Shown here piece after piece: positions 29,278 through 39,005 of a DNA stretch of 64,000 bases. The stretch spans positions 192,001-256,000 of the forward strand of contig CAVYNY010000020.1 in assembly GCA_963769935.1 (NCBI GenBank), read 5' to 3'. The stretch's first letter is position 1. Every line of letters begins with the position of its first letter. The translations under genes and the position numbers were made by a program. This DNA comes from an uncultured delta proteobacterium. GTDB taxonomy: Bacteria; Desulfobacterota; Desulfobacteria; Desulfobacterales; JAFDCJ01. Below the pieces are notes generated by a model. The model searched no databases. It had not been told where the DNA came from and saw nothing but the letters and a program-made list of their open reading frames with translations.

Positions 29278-29667
29278 TTAGGCGGAACTCGTGAGTGCCT
29301 CTGCCAGAGCCTCGGGCTCAGCTATACTCACCATGAGTTGTCGCAAGCGGACCGGAAATCCCATCACATAGCCACGCTGGACTGGTGCCAGATTGATAGT
29401 CAGGATTCCCCGTCCTGATCCATTCACCAGCCATCGACCTGCGAACCCATGCACCCCACGGCTCAATGGCTTTCCATGCGTTTTCGCAGCTAAGACAACA
29501 GCTGTTCTCCGAAAACGAGATCGAAACGCCCAGCCCATTTGCACTCGCACTTCCTCACCATTTACTTCCACGTAGGAACTCGAAGGAGGCAAAAACAAAG
29601 CGCTCGAAAGCATCCCATACCATGCATCGAACTGAATGGGAAATCGTTGTAGGCCCATGCATTCCAT
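29278..29667 (-). CDS. Hypothetical cassette protein
   Basis: ORF between two attC sites; RBS ggag; VRVQMGWAF...SRGVHG..GRWLVNGS. Confidence 0.7.
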   Translation of the reverse strand: MECMGLQRFPIQFDAWYGMLSSALFLPPSSSYVEVNGEEVRVQMGWAFRSRFRRTAVVLAAKTHGKPLSRGVHGFAGRWLVNGSGRGILTINLAPVQRGYVMGFPVRLRQLMVSIAEPEALAEALTSSA

Positions 29668-29728
29668 TGCTCCGCCAAATCGCTGCGGATGATCATCCGC
29701 AGCGAGTGTCGAGGGCGCGCAGCGTCGT

Positions 29729-29786
29729 CGACAACGACGCAAATAAGGCGTGAGTTTACGAATCGCCTGAATTTGCTATGTTAGGT
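29729..29786 (-). other. Integron attC site (short, 58 bp)
   Basis: ACCTAAC atagcaaattcaggcgattcgtaaactcacgccttatttgcgtc GTTGTCG. Confidence 0.8.
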
Positions 29787-29834
29787 TATTAAATTCGAAC
29801 GATATCGATATATCAATACCCGTCCCTAATATTC

Positions 29835-29892
29835 CCCTAACGCCGGCTTCAGCCATGAGCGAAGTGAGTCGGACTGAAAAACAAGGTTATGA
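29835..29892 (-). other. Integron attC site (short, 58 bp)
   Basis: TCATAAC cttgtttttcagtccgactcacttcgctcatggctgaagccggc GTTAGGG. Confidence 0.8.
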
Positions 29893-29970
29893 TATTTTAG
29901 CCTCTGGTTTATAAAGTCCAAGTGCCATAATAATAACTTAAGCCCTCTGATCCTTATTTGGTGGCCGTTT

Positions 29971-30000
29971 GCGTCATTCCGGCGAAGGCCGGAATCCAGT
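29971..30000. repeat. REP-like palindrome GTCATTCCGGCGAAGGCCGGAATCCAG
   Basis: Hairpin ttccggc-gaag-gccggaa; complementary half cgccggaatgacgc at ~32068-32082. Confidence 0.65.
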
Positions 30001-30161
30001 CTGATCAATCTTCTCCGGCCTCCAGAGTTCTGCGAGAGATAGTTCCGGTTAAAAATATTTTTCTTAAGTTAACAGCATTAGGACCAAGGTAACGTATTGA
30101 TTTTCTATCTATTGATGTAAAATATTCGCCTGTTTTCTGGCTTAGAGCCCTCTTTTTAGGC

Positions 30162-30632
30162 TCAAAATGATCCCTCTAAGCTCATATTCGAATCCAGATA
30201 ATTCTCTGGCCCATTTTGCCAGTAAATTGTATTATCCTCCGGCTGCTGCCGTAGCGCTCTGTCTGAAATAATCATGCATCGAATTAGATGATCATCTGGG
30301 GCCACAGCGGTCGCATGATACCGGTCCCGCCAGAAAGCGCCTTTTCTGCCTTTGCGGCTATTGAATTCCTGGCCCGTTTTTCCCGCGATCAATTGAATCG
30401 ATTTCGGAATCGTTTCATTCCTGTTTCCGGTATCATAGACAAGAAGGTGAACATGATTTGACGTGACGGTAAAATTCAGAACGCAGAGCCCGAATCGCTT
30501 TTTGGCCTCAAACAGCCATTACATCCAGCGCTGTTTATCCTTTGCAAACTTTAGAAGAAATTCGCGCTTATGACAGCGGTGGGTCAGGTGCCAGGCATAT
30601 CCGGATATAAAGTGTCGATTCGCTCGGGCCAT
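30162..30632 (-). pseudogene. REP-associated tyrosine (Y1/HUH) transposase remnant
   Basis: MARANRHFISGYAWHLTHRCHKREFLL...*...TSNHVHLL...GAFWRDRY; internal stop and internal deletion. Confidence 0.8.
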
Positions 30633-30649
30633 TTTAATTCCAGTATCCC

Positions 30650-30793
30650 TCAAAAGCTATTTTGTTGTTCCCTAGACACTGACTTTTCCTCACATTTTGC
30701 AATCGCAGTAACGTCTTTCACTTTTTCATCTGCTAATCTTATCTTCTGTTCCTCAGATCTTCCTGGATAAAGTTTCACAATGACATGAGGCAT
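30650..30793 (-). pseudogene. 4-oxalocrotonate tautomerase-family gene, truncated
   Basis: MPHVIVKLYPGRSEEQKIRLA...KSVS; N-terminal catalytic Pro; first ORF after attC; interrupted at the RAYT remnant. Confidence 0.75.
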
Positions 30794-30817
30794 AATTGTT
30801 CTCCAATTTCATGGGGA

Positions 30818-30947
30818 GCATAACGCCAAGCTTGAGCAGCGCCGAAAATTAGGCGCCCATATTGTTAAACTGACAGAATGAAAAATAAACCAACTACTTA
30901 CGAAAATCGCACGGAATAAGGCGTCGGACTCAAAGCTTTTGTTGGGT
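30818..30947 (-). other. Integron attC site
   Basis: ACCCAAC aaaagctttgagtccgacgcc ... cggcgctgctcaagcttggc GTTATGC. Confidence 0.88.
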
Positions 30948-30960
30948 AAAAATTTTTATC

Positions 30961-30999
30961 TTGACAGTTATGACAACCAGTTGTACATTATTCTGTACA
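30961..30999 (+). promoter_or_regulatory. Sigma70 promoter and YefM-YoeB operator
   Basis: TTGACA-17 bp-TACATT, overlapped by two TGTACA hexamers 12 bp apart, the known yefM-yoeB operator arrangement. Confidence 0.8.
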
Positions 31000-31018
31000 G
31001 TTCACATGGAGGTGTCAA

Positions 31019-31270
31019 ATGAAAGCCATTACATATACCGCCGCACGACAAAATCTTGCAAAAACGATGGAGAACGTGTGCAAAGACCACGCGCCTGTTA
31101 TCGTCACACGTAAAACAACCGATTCGGTAGTCATAATGTCACTTGAAGACTATGAAGCCTTGGAAGAAACTGCCTACCTTTTACGTTCCCCCAAAAACAC
31201 AAGGCGCCTGGTTGAATCCATCGCTCAACTCGAAGCGGGCCGGGGGTCAGAAAGAGAACTTTTAGATTGA
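31019..31270 (+). CDS. yefM: YefM/Phd antitoxin
   Basis: YTAARQNLA, VIVTRK, MSLEDY..LEETAYLLRSP. Confidence 0.95.
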   Translation: MKAITYTAARQNLAKTMENVCKDHAPVIVTRKTTDSVVIMSLEDYEALEETAYLLRSPKNTRRLVESIAQLEAGRGSERELLD

Positions 31271-31521
31271 AGCTCATTTTTTCAGATCATGCGTGGGACG
31301 ATTACCTTTATTGGCAAAAAACTGATAAAAAAATCCTCCGGCGAATAAACACCTTAATTAAAGAAATTAAACGAAATCCCTTCGAAGGAATCGGTAAGCC
31401 TGAACCGCTAAAACATGCTTTGTCAGGATATTGGTCCCGTCGAATAAACGATGAACACAGAATCGTTTACAAAGCTTCTGCCGATTCTATTCTAATAGCA
31501 CAACTTCGATACCACTATTGA
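31267..31521 (+). CDS. yoeB: YoeB/Txe toxin
   Basis: AWDDYLYWQ, GIGKPEPLK, WSRRINDEHR, RYHY end. Confidence 0.95.
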   Translation: MKLIFSDHAWDDYLYWQKTDKKILRRINTLIKEIKRNPFEGIGKPEPLKHALSGYWSRRINDEHRIVYKASADSILIAQLRYHY

Positions 31522-31545
31522 TTGTGCCCACCCTCTGCGATCGAT

Positions 31546-31592
31546 ACCCAAGGGCGCCTTCACCAGTTTATCTGGTGAAGGCGTGGTTAGAA
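31546..31592 (-). other. Possible degenerate attC site
   Basis: TTCTAAC cacgccttcaccag-ataaa-ctggtgaaggcgcc CTTGGGT; TTGGGT matches the ACCCAAC of the yefM-yoeB cassette; shorter than a normal attC. Confidence 0.4.
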
Positions 31593-31804
31593 TTTTGGTC
31601 AATAAACTCAAACAGGTTATCGCTATAAATAAAACGAGCTGTGAAGAATGAAGACCTACCCCCTTTTGCCAGGCTTTAGCCAGATGATTACTTAAATCGC
31701 CATTTTTAAGTCCAAAAACATCGCTCTAAGACCAAAAAACGGTCTTATTTTTTACCTAAACCCGCATCAAATAAGCATCCAGTTTGGTCCGACCCCGCCC
31801 CGCA

Positions 31805-31888
31805 TCACACTGCAAATTCTCTCTTATGGCACCGATGGGTTATATGCCAGACATAACCGGGTATGTAATGTCTTTTAGCACGAGCCAT
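31805..31888 (-). pseudogene. Second RAYT transposase N-terminal fragment
   Basis: MARAKRHYIPGYVWHITHRCHKREF, paralogous to the 30632 remnant. Confidence 0.7.
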
Positions 31889-32189
31889 TTTCCGTCAATT
31901 TTCTTAATAGGTCAGTTTTTGAGGAAAATCGGTCGATTAAGACCGGTTCAAAGTCTTTTTTAAGGAATTCTATCAGCAATGTAAAAAACTTAGCGTGGCC
32001 CGTCCCCAGAGAATCCGCTATATCAAAAAATATTCGCTGTCCAATCGCTCCCACGACTCAGACTGTGCCGCCGGAATGACGCGGGGGGCTTAGAGGGCAT
32101 ATGTTACCGGCACCGGCTCCATACCATCCTTATGAATTTAAAAAAGAGACAATATTGTCGAAAACGGTACAAATATGAAGGCGATTTTC

Positions 32190-32618
32190 TCAGTCTTCAG
32201 GAGTTTGATGCAATTGACCGGCCTGATGGAGTTCAATTTTAATATATTTTGAGAATAGCTCGAAGTCTTTGTCTGTCGTGTATATTGAAAACCCGTTCCT
32301 TGCAGCCACAGCGCAAATTAGGAAATCAGTATTTGATACCTGTATTCCTTTTGATCGGCATCGATTGAAATACTTTGCAGCCGTAACATAGTCTTCGGTG
32401 AAAATTTGTAGATCGGGAAAGCTTTCAAGATGTTTCTGGAGCTTTTTAAACTGAGATTCACTGCGGATACCCGATAAAATCTCCTGACGTATGGGGCCAA
32501 TCATTTGGACACGGTGGTCTCTGATTATATGCCGAAGCTCTTGAACGGGAGCAAAGGTGCCCTGTTTGTCGCGCCTTAAAGCCAGAGACCATACGCTCGT
32601 GTCTACAATAACCTTCAT
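32190..32618 (-). CDS. vapC: VapC / PIN-domain toxin
   Basis: VIVDTSVWS, QEILSG, TDFLICA, TTDKDF. Confidence 0.92.
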   Translation of the reverse strand: MKVIVDTSVWSLALRRDKQGTFAPVQELRHIIRDHRVQMIGPIRQEILSGIRSESQFKKLQKHLESFPDLQIFTEDYVTAAKYFNRCRSKGIQVSNTDFLICAVAARNGFSIYTTDKDFELFSKYIKIELHQAGQLHQTPED

Positions 32619-32815
32619 GTGCGGCGTCTCTGTTTTTTATAGTCATATTCCGGGTCGTATTCCACTTTGCCGAACATTGAGAGAATTTTTTCCTGCTCTA
32701 AATGTTGTATATATTCTATTAGTGCCGTTGAGACCGCGTCCTTCTTAGTCTTGTGGCCGCCCAGCCTGACAGCTTTTAAGATAAGTTTGTCATCTATCTG
32801 TAAATTTGTCGCCAT
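32615..32815 (-). CDS. VapB-type antitoxin
   Basis: MATNLQIDDKLI...GGHKTKKDAV; RBS aaggagg; overlaps the toxin start. Confidence 0.88.
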   Translation of the reverse strand: MATNLQIDDKLILKAVRLGGHKTKKDAVSTALIEYIQHLEQEKILSMFGKVEYDPEYDYKKQRRRT

Positions 32816-33003
32816 AAAGGGCACCTCCTTAAAATCTATAAACGACACACAATATTACACATTTGTTTGTGTGAAATCAAGCCGTATATTGGGAGTTTCA
32901 ATAATTTAGCAGGATGAAAAAAGTTCAAGGTTGGTCTCTCGTAGAGTGCCGAGGGGACGGACGATTTTACTGTCCAGCGGAATAGGTACCAGAATTCCAT
33001 CAA

Positions 33004-33190
33004 AGAATGAATGGATTCTTTTATATTTTTTCCTAATAGACCCTGAACCATCTGCCGGAGCTACAGGGCAGGCAGGATCTACCGGATTTGTTGGATTTTT
33101 ATTGTTCTTTGTTTGCCGCCGCCGGCCCATATTGCCTTCGGCAAGATATAAAATCTATCTCTGCGATCTCCGCGTGCTCTGCGAGAGATA
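33004..33190. repeat. Degenerate intergenic element related to 34710-35031 and 18382-18449
   Basis: gaatgaatggattc...tagac...caggatctaccggatt; ctctgcgatctccgcgtgctctgcgagag. Confidence 0.5.
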
Positions 33191-33207
33191 TTATAAATTA
33201 TTCGGGA

Positions 33208-34656
33208 CTATTTGAATCGATCGACCCGCTTTTGGATTTGTGCGGCCTGCTCCGCGGGGATATTTGCCGGCTGATGGTCCTGCAGGATTTTTTGCAGTTT
33301 CTTTTGGGCCCGCTCCAGCAGGCTCGTGCTGCCGGATGACTGCCATTTGTCGTGGCCCATGCGGCTGATCAACTTGGGCCGCCACTGGGTGGATTCGAGA
33401 TTCTGCAGGGTATGCAGATGGGCCAGAAAATTGCCGTCCGCCCCCACTTCTTTGATGACATCCACCGCCAGGGTTTTATCGTCGACCGGAATGCCCCGGT
33501 AAAGACGGCGCACCTGATCGATGATTTCGTCCAGAATCACAATCATTTCCAGGCTGCCGGTGAGGCCGAAATCCAGGTACCCCACATCATGATTCAAATT
33601 GGAGCCTGCCAACTGGGCGATGAAGGTTAGAAGGCCGGCTTCGAAGGTGGCCTGCCCGTCCGGGATCTGCGAATCGCTGGTGCCGGCGTAGCCCCAGTTG
33701 GGCAGGTTATAATAATGGCTCATCTCGATGATCGCCAGATAAGACAGAAGATATTCCGGCGCATTGTAGGAGCACTGGCCGGTGGCCATATCCAGCACCG
33801 CCGGCCCCATCCCCATAATAAAGGGGGCGCCCTTGGCTTTAAGCTGGTGGATCACCAGACCGGCAAAACATTCGGCCAGGCCCTGGGCCACATGCCCGGC
33901 AATGGTCATCGGAGCGGTGGAGCCGGCAATCGGGGCCGGCGAAAAGATAACCGGCATGGCTTTTTCGGCGCAAAACAGGAGTTTGTCCACACTCTCGACC
34001 GGAAACTTCAAAGGGCTTACAGGTTCCCCGTAATAAATGGCATACGGCTTGGAGCGCAGCCCGTCTTCCCCGCCGCGCAGGATACACCCGATTGCCCACA
34101 TGGCGCTCAGATCGTCGCGGTTGTCGGCCGTGCAGACAATCGGCTTGGTCGAATTGGCCGCCATGGCCTGGAAGCTGCGCAAATAGGCCTGCTTGGCCGG
34201 ATAGTCGGACGGATTGGCAAAAGACATGATAAAGTCAATGTTGGGCAGGGCGTCGGCCGCCTTGGCTGCCCGGATGACGTCTTCCAGCAGGCAGCGGTGG
34301 CGCTGCATGCTCTTTGAATCCAGGGAGTAAATAAGATCGGAACCGGTGCCGTAATAGGAACGGTGCCCGCCAAGGTCCATGGCCTGTTTGCCTTCGCGGT
34401 CGTAGATCAGGATGTTATTGGGTGCGCTTGCCAGGGCCTGCTGAACAAGTTTCCCGGGGATTTTCACCATGCGCTCTTCTGATACGGAACAGCCGGCATC
34501 TTTGAGAAGCGCCAAGGCTTCGTCGTGGAATATTTTCATGCCGATATCGCTCAGGATCTGAAAAACAGCCCGGTGAATTTTTTCCTTATCCTCTTGGGAG
34601 AGAAACGACAATGTCGGCCGCATGGATATTTCTTCGACAGGTATGGTAGGATTCAT
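33208..34656 (-). CDS. MttB-superfamily methyltransferase, non-pyrrolysine
   Basis: YYGTGS, EPVSPL, GSTAPMTIAG, AGTSDSQIPDGQ, NLNHDVGYLD. Confidence 0.92.
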   Translation of the reverse strand: MNPTIPVEEISMRPTLSFLSQEDKEKIHRAVFQILSDIGMKIFHDEALALLKDAGCSVSEERMVKIPGKLVQQALASAPNNILIYDREGKQAMDLGGHRSYYGTGSDLIYSLDSKSMQRHRCLLEDVIRAAKAADALPNIDFIMSFANPSDYPAKQAYLRSFQAMAANSTKPIVCTADNRDDLSAMWAIGCILRGGEDGLRSKPYAIYYGEPVSPLKFPVESVDKLLFCAEKAMPVIFSPAPIAGSTAPMTIAGHVAQGLAECFAGLVIHQLKAKGAPFIMGMGPAVLDMATGQCSYNAPEYLLSYLAIIEMSHYYNLPNWGYAGTSDSQIPDGQATFEAGLLTFIAQLAGSNLNHDVGYLDFGLTGSLEMIVILDEIIDQVRRLYRGIPVDDKTLAVDVIKEVGADGNFLAHLHTLQNLESTQWRPKLISRMGHDKWQSSGSTSLLERAQKKLQKILQDHQPANIPAEQAAQIQKRVDRFK

Positions 34657-34709
34657 TGTTATAGCCCCGGAATTTAGTTTGATGGATAAAATTTAGTTTG
34701 ATGGATAAA

Positions 34710-35031
34710 AATGAATGGATTCGATTTTAATTTCTTTAAGTAGACAGGATTTACAGGATGAACAGGATCTTTTCAAGGTTTCCGGATGAAACCGTGAAAA
34801 CAGCAACCGCCTTCCGGCGCAGTATTGGGCGCTACGTGACTAAGATCAAGGATACCCTATTTATTGATGAACGAAATGCTATTCAAATCTGGGACAACAC
34901 TGAAGCTTCTACATTTTCCGCGAAGCGGATTATCTATTTCCGGTTTCCTCCGGAAACCGGAAATTAAAAATATCCCAACAATCCTGCAAATCCTGTCTAT
35001 TTTTAAAAAATAAAACCAGAATCCATTCGTT
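34710..35031. repeat. Inverted-arm element (ACAGGATTT / AATCCTG arms) with outer gaatggattc inverted repeat
   Basis: aatgaatggattc...tagacaggatttacaggatgaacaggat ... aatcctgcaaatcctgtcta...gaatccattcgtt; preceded by a 19-bp tandem duplication at 34672-34709. Confidence 0.72.
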
Positions 35032-35060
35032 AATTTATAAAATTAATTTCACTGAATGTT

Positions 35061-36945
35061 TCATGCCGCTAACCCGGGATGATCCTGACTGAATTTGATT
35101 CCCAGTTCGGCCAGTTTGGCCGCCGTCGGCCGGCCCTGCGCGTCCCATCCCATGACGCTGTAAAATTTCTTTCTCATGGGTTCCATCCACTCCGACGGTT
35201 TGGACGGCGCCTGACCGGAATTGTACTCTTTGTCAAAAAACATATCCGGCAGACGATCATCGGCCGCGCCGACGCCGCAGCGCAGGTTAAAGAGCCTTTC
35301 GGTGTTGACGATTCTCTCCCCCGCGGCAAAAAGATCGGCCACTGCAACCGGCTCTCCGGTCAGAGCCGCCGCCAGTTCCGTCTCGGCCACCAGGTCATAG
35401 GCGCAGATGAGGGATAAGGCCGGGACTTTGCATATGCCGAGGCTGTCCATCACCGTGCCGACAATCATGGCCTTTCGAACCAGTTCGGCTTTGCCGTGGA
35501 TGGATTTGAGATCGGAGGCCTTGGGTGTTCCGAACTCCTCGCCGGGCTCGTCCGGCATCCATTTATGTTCCAGCGCGGAGTAGACGTCGTTAAAATCCGC
35601 TCCACGGCTGGCAACCGTATATCCCAGGGCCGTACCCATCATGTTGTCCGGATGATAGCCGGACAGCCCAAGCCCTTTGACATGCGCGGCATAGTATTCG
35701 GATCCTCGCCCGATGATCTGGGCGGCCCGGCGCACGCCTTTGCCAAGCACGGCGCCGAACCCTTGGCCTGAGGCCATCTGTCTGATCAACGCCTCCATTG
35801 AGTTCCCGTTGCCCCAGGCCAGGTCCAATCCGCCGGTATCTTCCAATGTCAGAATATGGCGGTCAAAGAGATCCATGACAAAGGAAATGACGTTGCCGGC
35901 TGAGATATTGTCGATCCCCAGCCGGGAGCAAAGGTTGTCCAGGTAGACCAGGGTGTCCAGATCGGTCAAGCCGCATTTGGCCCCCAGCGACAGCATGGGT
36001 TCGAACTCGGGCCGGAAGACTTTTTCACCCTTGAGCCGGCCGCTGGTAAATTTCAGTTCAGCCTTGCATTGAACGGGGCATCGAAAACAGCCGCGCGACC
36101 GGGTGACCTTGTCCGTCAGATTTTTCCCGTCAATTCGATCCGCAGCCTCAAAGGTATTGGTCCGAAAATTGCGGGTAGCAATAATGCCCAGGTCATCCGC
36201 CCATTTGACGTAGCCGGCTCCCCCGTGCGTTTTAAATGTTTTAAATTCGCGGCGAATTTTTTATCTGCCGGGCATAGCGGATGACGGCTTCATTATCCGT
36301 CACCGGGACCGGAATCGGTTTCGGGGGGTTTTGTCCTTTGATAACAACGGCCTTCAGGTTTTTAGACCCCATGACCGTACCCATGCCGGTGCGTCCGGCG
36401 GCATGATCGCCGTCCGACATGATGCAGCCGAACAGCACGCCGTTTTCGGCGCCCGGACCGATGGTCAAAATCCTTAATTTTTGGCTGCCCAGCATGGTTT
36501 TAAGCTGCTCGTCGGTTTGTCGGGTGTCCAGCCCCCAGAGCGATTCGGCGCTGCGGATTTCAATCGTATCGCCGTCGATCAACAAGTAAACCGGCTTCGG
36601 TGCCTTGCCGCGGATAATCAGGCTTTGAATGCCGCCGGCGCGCAGCTGGGCGCCGAAGGCGCCTCCGATATTCGAGCTTCCCAGGATGCCGGTCAAGGGG
36701 GAACGGGCATTGAGGTGCAGCCTGGAGGAGGAGGGCGCCGCGGTTCCGGTCAGCAGACCGCAGGAAAACATGAGAATGTTCTCGGGCCCGAGGGGATCGC
36801 AATCTTGCGGCAGATTCGCATAAAGATACTGGACATTGAAGCCCCGGCCGCCGAGATACTTCCAGGTCAGCTCGGCGGGGAAAGGCTTGAATTCCCAGGC
36901 TCCCGTACTCAGATCGATTTTAAGAATGCGCCCCAAAAATGCCAT
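35061..36945 (-). pseudogene. Aldehyde:ferredoxin oxidoreductase (tungsten AOR family), one frameshift at ~36249 (possibly a sequencing error)
   Basis: YLGGRG, SPLTG, IGPGAEN, GRTGMGTVMGSKNLKA; CFRCPVQC and EFE in the shifted frame; DSLGIC, DDRLP; removing 1 nt gives 627 aa. Confidence 0.85.
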
Positions 36946-37119
36946 GCTGCAGAGTGTCCTTTAAGCGCTTGCCGGGTGTGCCGCCGGCGAGCTTATAATT
37001 TATGGAGACATTATATTTTAGGGAAACTTGAAGCGAGTGTCAAGGATGATGGCGCGGATGTGAAGGTATCGTTAAAGTAAATTCTAAAGCAGTTGCAGCG
37101 GCAGGTTTTAAAAGATAAC

Positions 37120-37335
37120 AAAATTCCAAATTTCAAGCACCAAATTCCAAATAAATTTCAAATCCCAATATCCAATGACCGAAACATTCATCAGAGTTGT
37201 ATCGTATCCGCTTCTAAACCCAGGTCTGCCGTTGATCTTTCCATTAGATACAATCGTCAAATGATTATTTGTTTGGAATTTTGAATTTCGGTGATTGGTA
37301 TTTGTTTGGAATTTGGTTTTTGGAGCTTGGAATTT
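37120..37335. repeat. Inverted-arm element, family A, copy 3
   Basis: aaattccaaatttcaagcaccaaattccaaataaatttcaaatcccaatatccaatgacc ... ggtgattggtatttgtttggaatttggtttttggagcttggaattt. Confidence 0.8.
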
Positions 37336-37401
37336 GTCATAACCTCATACTGATTATTTGACTTCGAGCACTTTTATTAGGGACCTAACGCTTAATTCTA
37401 C

Positions 37402-38937
37402 CTACTTTAATTTTCCAACCTTCTTTTCCACTGCGGCCAGTATCTTGCCGCTGCACATCAGCTCCCGCATGGCGGTGATGTCGTGTGACAGGATGCGATC
37501 GCAGTCCAGATTAGGAATCACCTCGCGGATGACGCGGTAGGCTTCCATGGTGCCCTCACCGGGTTTCAGGTTGGTGAAAAGGTCCAGGGCCTGGGCGGCG
37601 CACAGAAGTTCGATGGCGACCACATCCCGGGTATTGTTTACCACCTCGCGGCACTGGCGGGCTGCGATAGTGCCCATGGAGACATGGTCTTCCTTGTTGG
37701 CCGAGGTGGGGATTGAATCCACGCTGGCCGGATGGCAGAGCACCTTGTTTTCAGACACCAGGGCCGCCGCCGTGTACTGGGCGATCATAAAACCGGAATT
37801 AAGCCCGCCGTCGCCGACCAGAAAGGCCGGCAGTCCGCTCAGCATGGGATTGACCAGCCGCTCGATTCGACGCTCGGAAATATTGGCCAGTTCGGCAACG
37901 GCCATGCTCAGAAAATCCATGGCCAGAGCCACCGGCTGCCCGTGAAAGTTGCCGCCCAGCAAAAAGTCCTGGGTTGCGGCATAAATCAGCGGATTGTTGG
38001 TGGATGAATTCATCTCGGTTTCGATAACCTTGCGGCAATAGTTGACGGCGTCCTTGGTGGCGCCGTGCACCTGGGGCGAACACCTGAGGGTGTAAGCATC
38101 CTGCACCCGGCCGCAGTCCTTGTGGGAGGTTATGATTTCGCTGTTGCGGACAATTCGTTCCATGTTGTCGGCGGCCGCGGCCTGGCCGGGATGCGGCCGG
38201 ATGGCATGGATCCTGGCATTGAATTCGGTGCGGCTGCCCATCAGTACCTCGAGACTCATGGCGGACGCTATATCGATCAGCTTGGAAAAATGGACGGCGT
38301 CATTGACCGCCAAAGCGCCGATCGCGGTCATCACCTGGGTGCCGTTGACCAGCGCCAGACCTTCTGCAGCCTCCAGTTGGATGGGCTCCAGACCGCACTT
38401 GCTCAGCACCTGCTGACCGGTCATTTTCTGCCCTTTGTAAAACGCTTCACCCAGTCCGACCAGAACCAGCGCCAAATGGGCCAGGGGCGCCAGGTCGCCG
38501 CTGGCTCCGACCGAGCCTTTCTGCGGGATCAACGGGCAAACACCCCAGTTGAGAAGCGCAATCAGGTGTTCGACGGTCTCAAGGCAGATGCCGGAATGAC
38601 CGCGGGCCAGATCCTGGATTCGCAGTGCCATGACGGCGCGTACGGTTTCCTCGTTCAGCGGTTCACCGACGCCGGCTGCATGGCTCATGAGAATATTTTG
38701 CTGCAGCCGGCGCGTGTCTTTTTTGGAAATCACCACATCACTTAACGCACCGAATCCGGTGGTAACGCCGTATATGGTTCTTTCTTCCTCAACCCATTTT
38801 TCGATCAAGCGGCGGGTATCCCGCAATCTTTGTTCCGAAGCTTCGGTTAATTTGACATGCGCGCCCTGCCTGGCGATTTTGACCAGTTTCTCCAGCGTCA
38901 TGCCGTCCATGTCGATCATAATTGTTTTTGCAGCCAA
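37402..38937 (-). CDS. hutH: Histidine ammonia-lyase
   Basis: YGVTTGFG, SH specificity pair (LMSHAAG), MIO motif GASGDLAPL, QDAYTLRC, GGNFHG, EDHVSM. Confidence 0.93.
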   Translation of the reverse strand: MAAKTIMIDMDGMTLEKLVKIARQGAHVKLTEASEQRLRDTRRLIEKWVEEERTIYGVTTGFGALSDVVISKKDTRRLQQNILMSHAAGVGEPLNEETVRAVMALRIQDLARGHSGICLETVEHLIALLNWGVCPLIPQKGSVGASGDLAPLAHLALVLVGLGEAFYKGQKMTGQQVLSKCGLEPIQLEAAEGLALVNGTQVMTAIGALAVNDAVHFSKLIDIASAMSLEVLMGSRTEFNARIHAIRPHPGQAAAADNMERIVRNSEIITSHKDCGRVQDAYTLRCSPQVHGATKDAVNYCRKVIETEMNSSTNNPLIYAATQDFLLGGNFHGQPVALAMDFLSMAVAELANISERRIERLVNPMLSGLPAFLVGDGGLNSGFMIAQYTAAALVSENKVLCHPASVDSIPTSANKEDHVSMGTIAARQCREVVNNTRDVVAIELLCAAQALDLFTNLKPGEGTMEAYRVIREVIPNLDCDRILSHDITAMRELMCSGKILAAVEKKVGKLK

Positions 38938-39005
38938 TGGTTGCTCCTTATATAGGTTTCAGGTTTCAGGCGTCAGCGTCGACCGCCGAAGTCTATCAGC
39001 TTATA

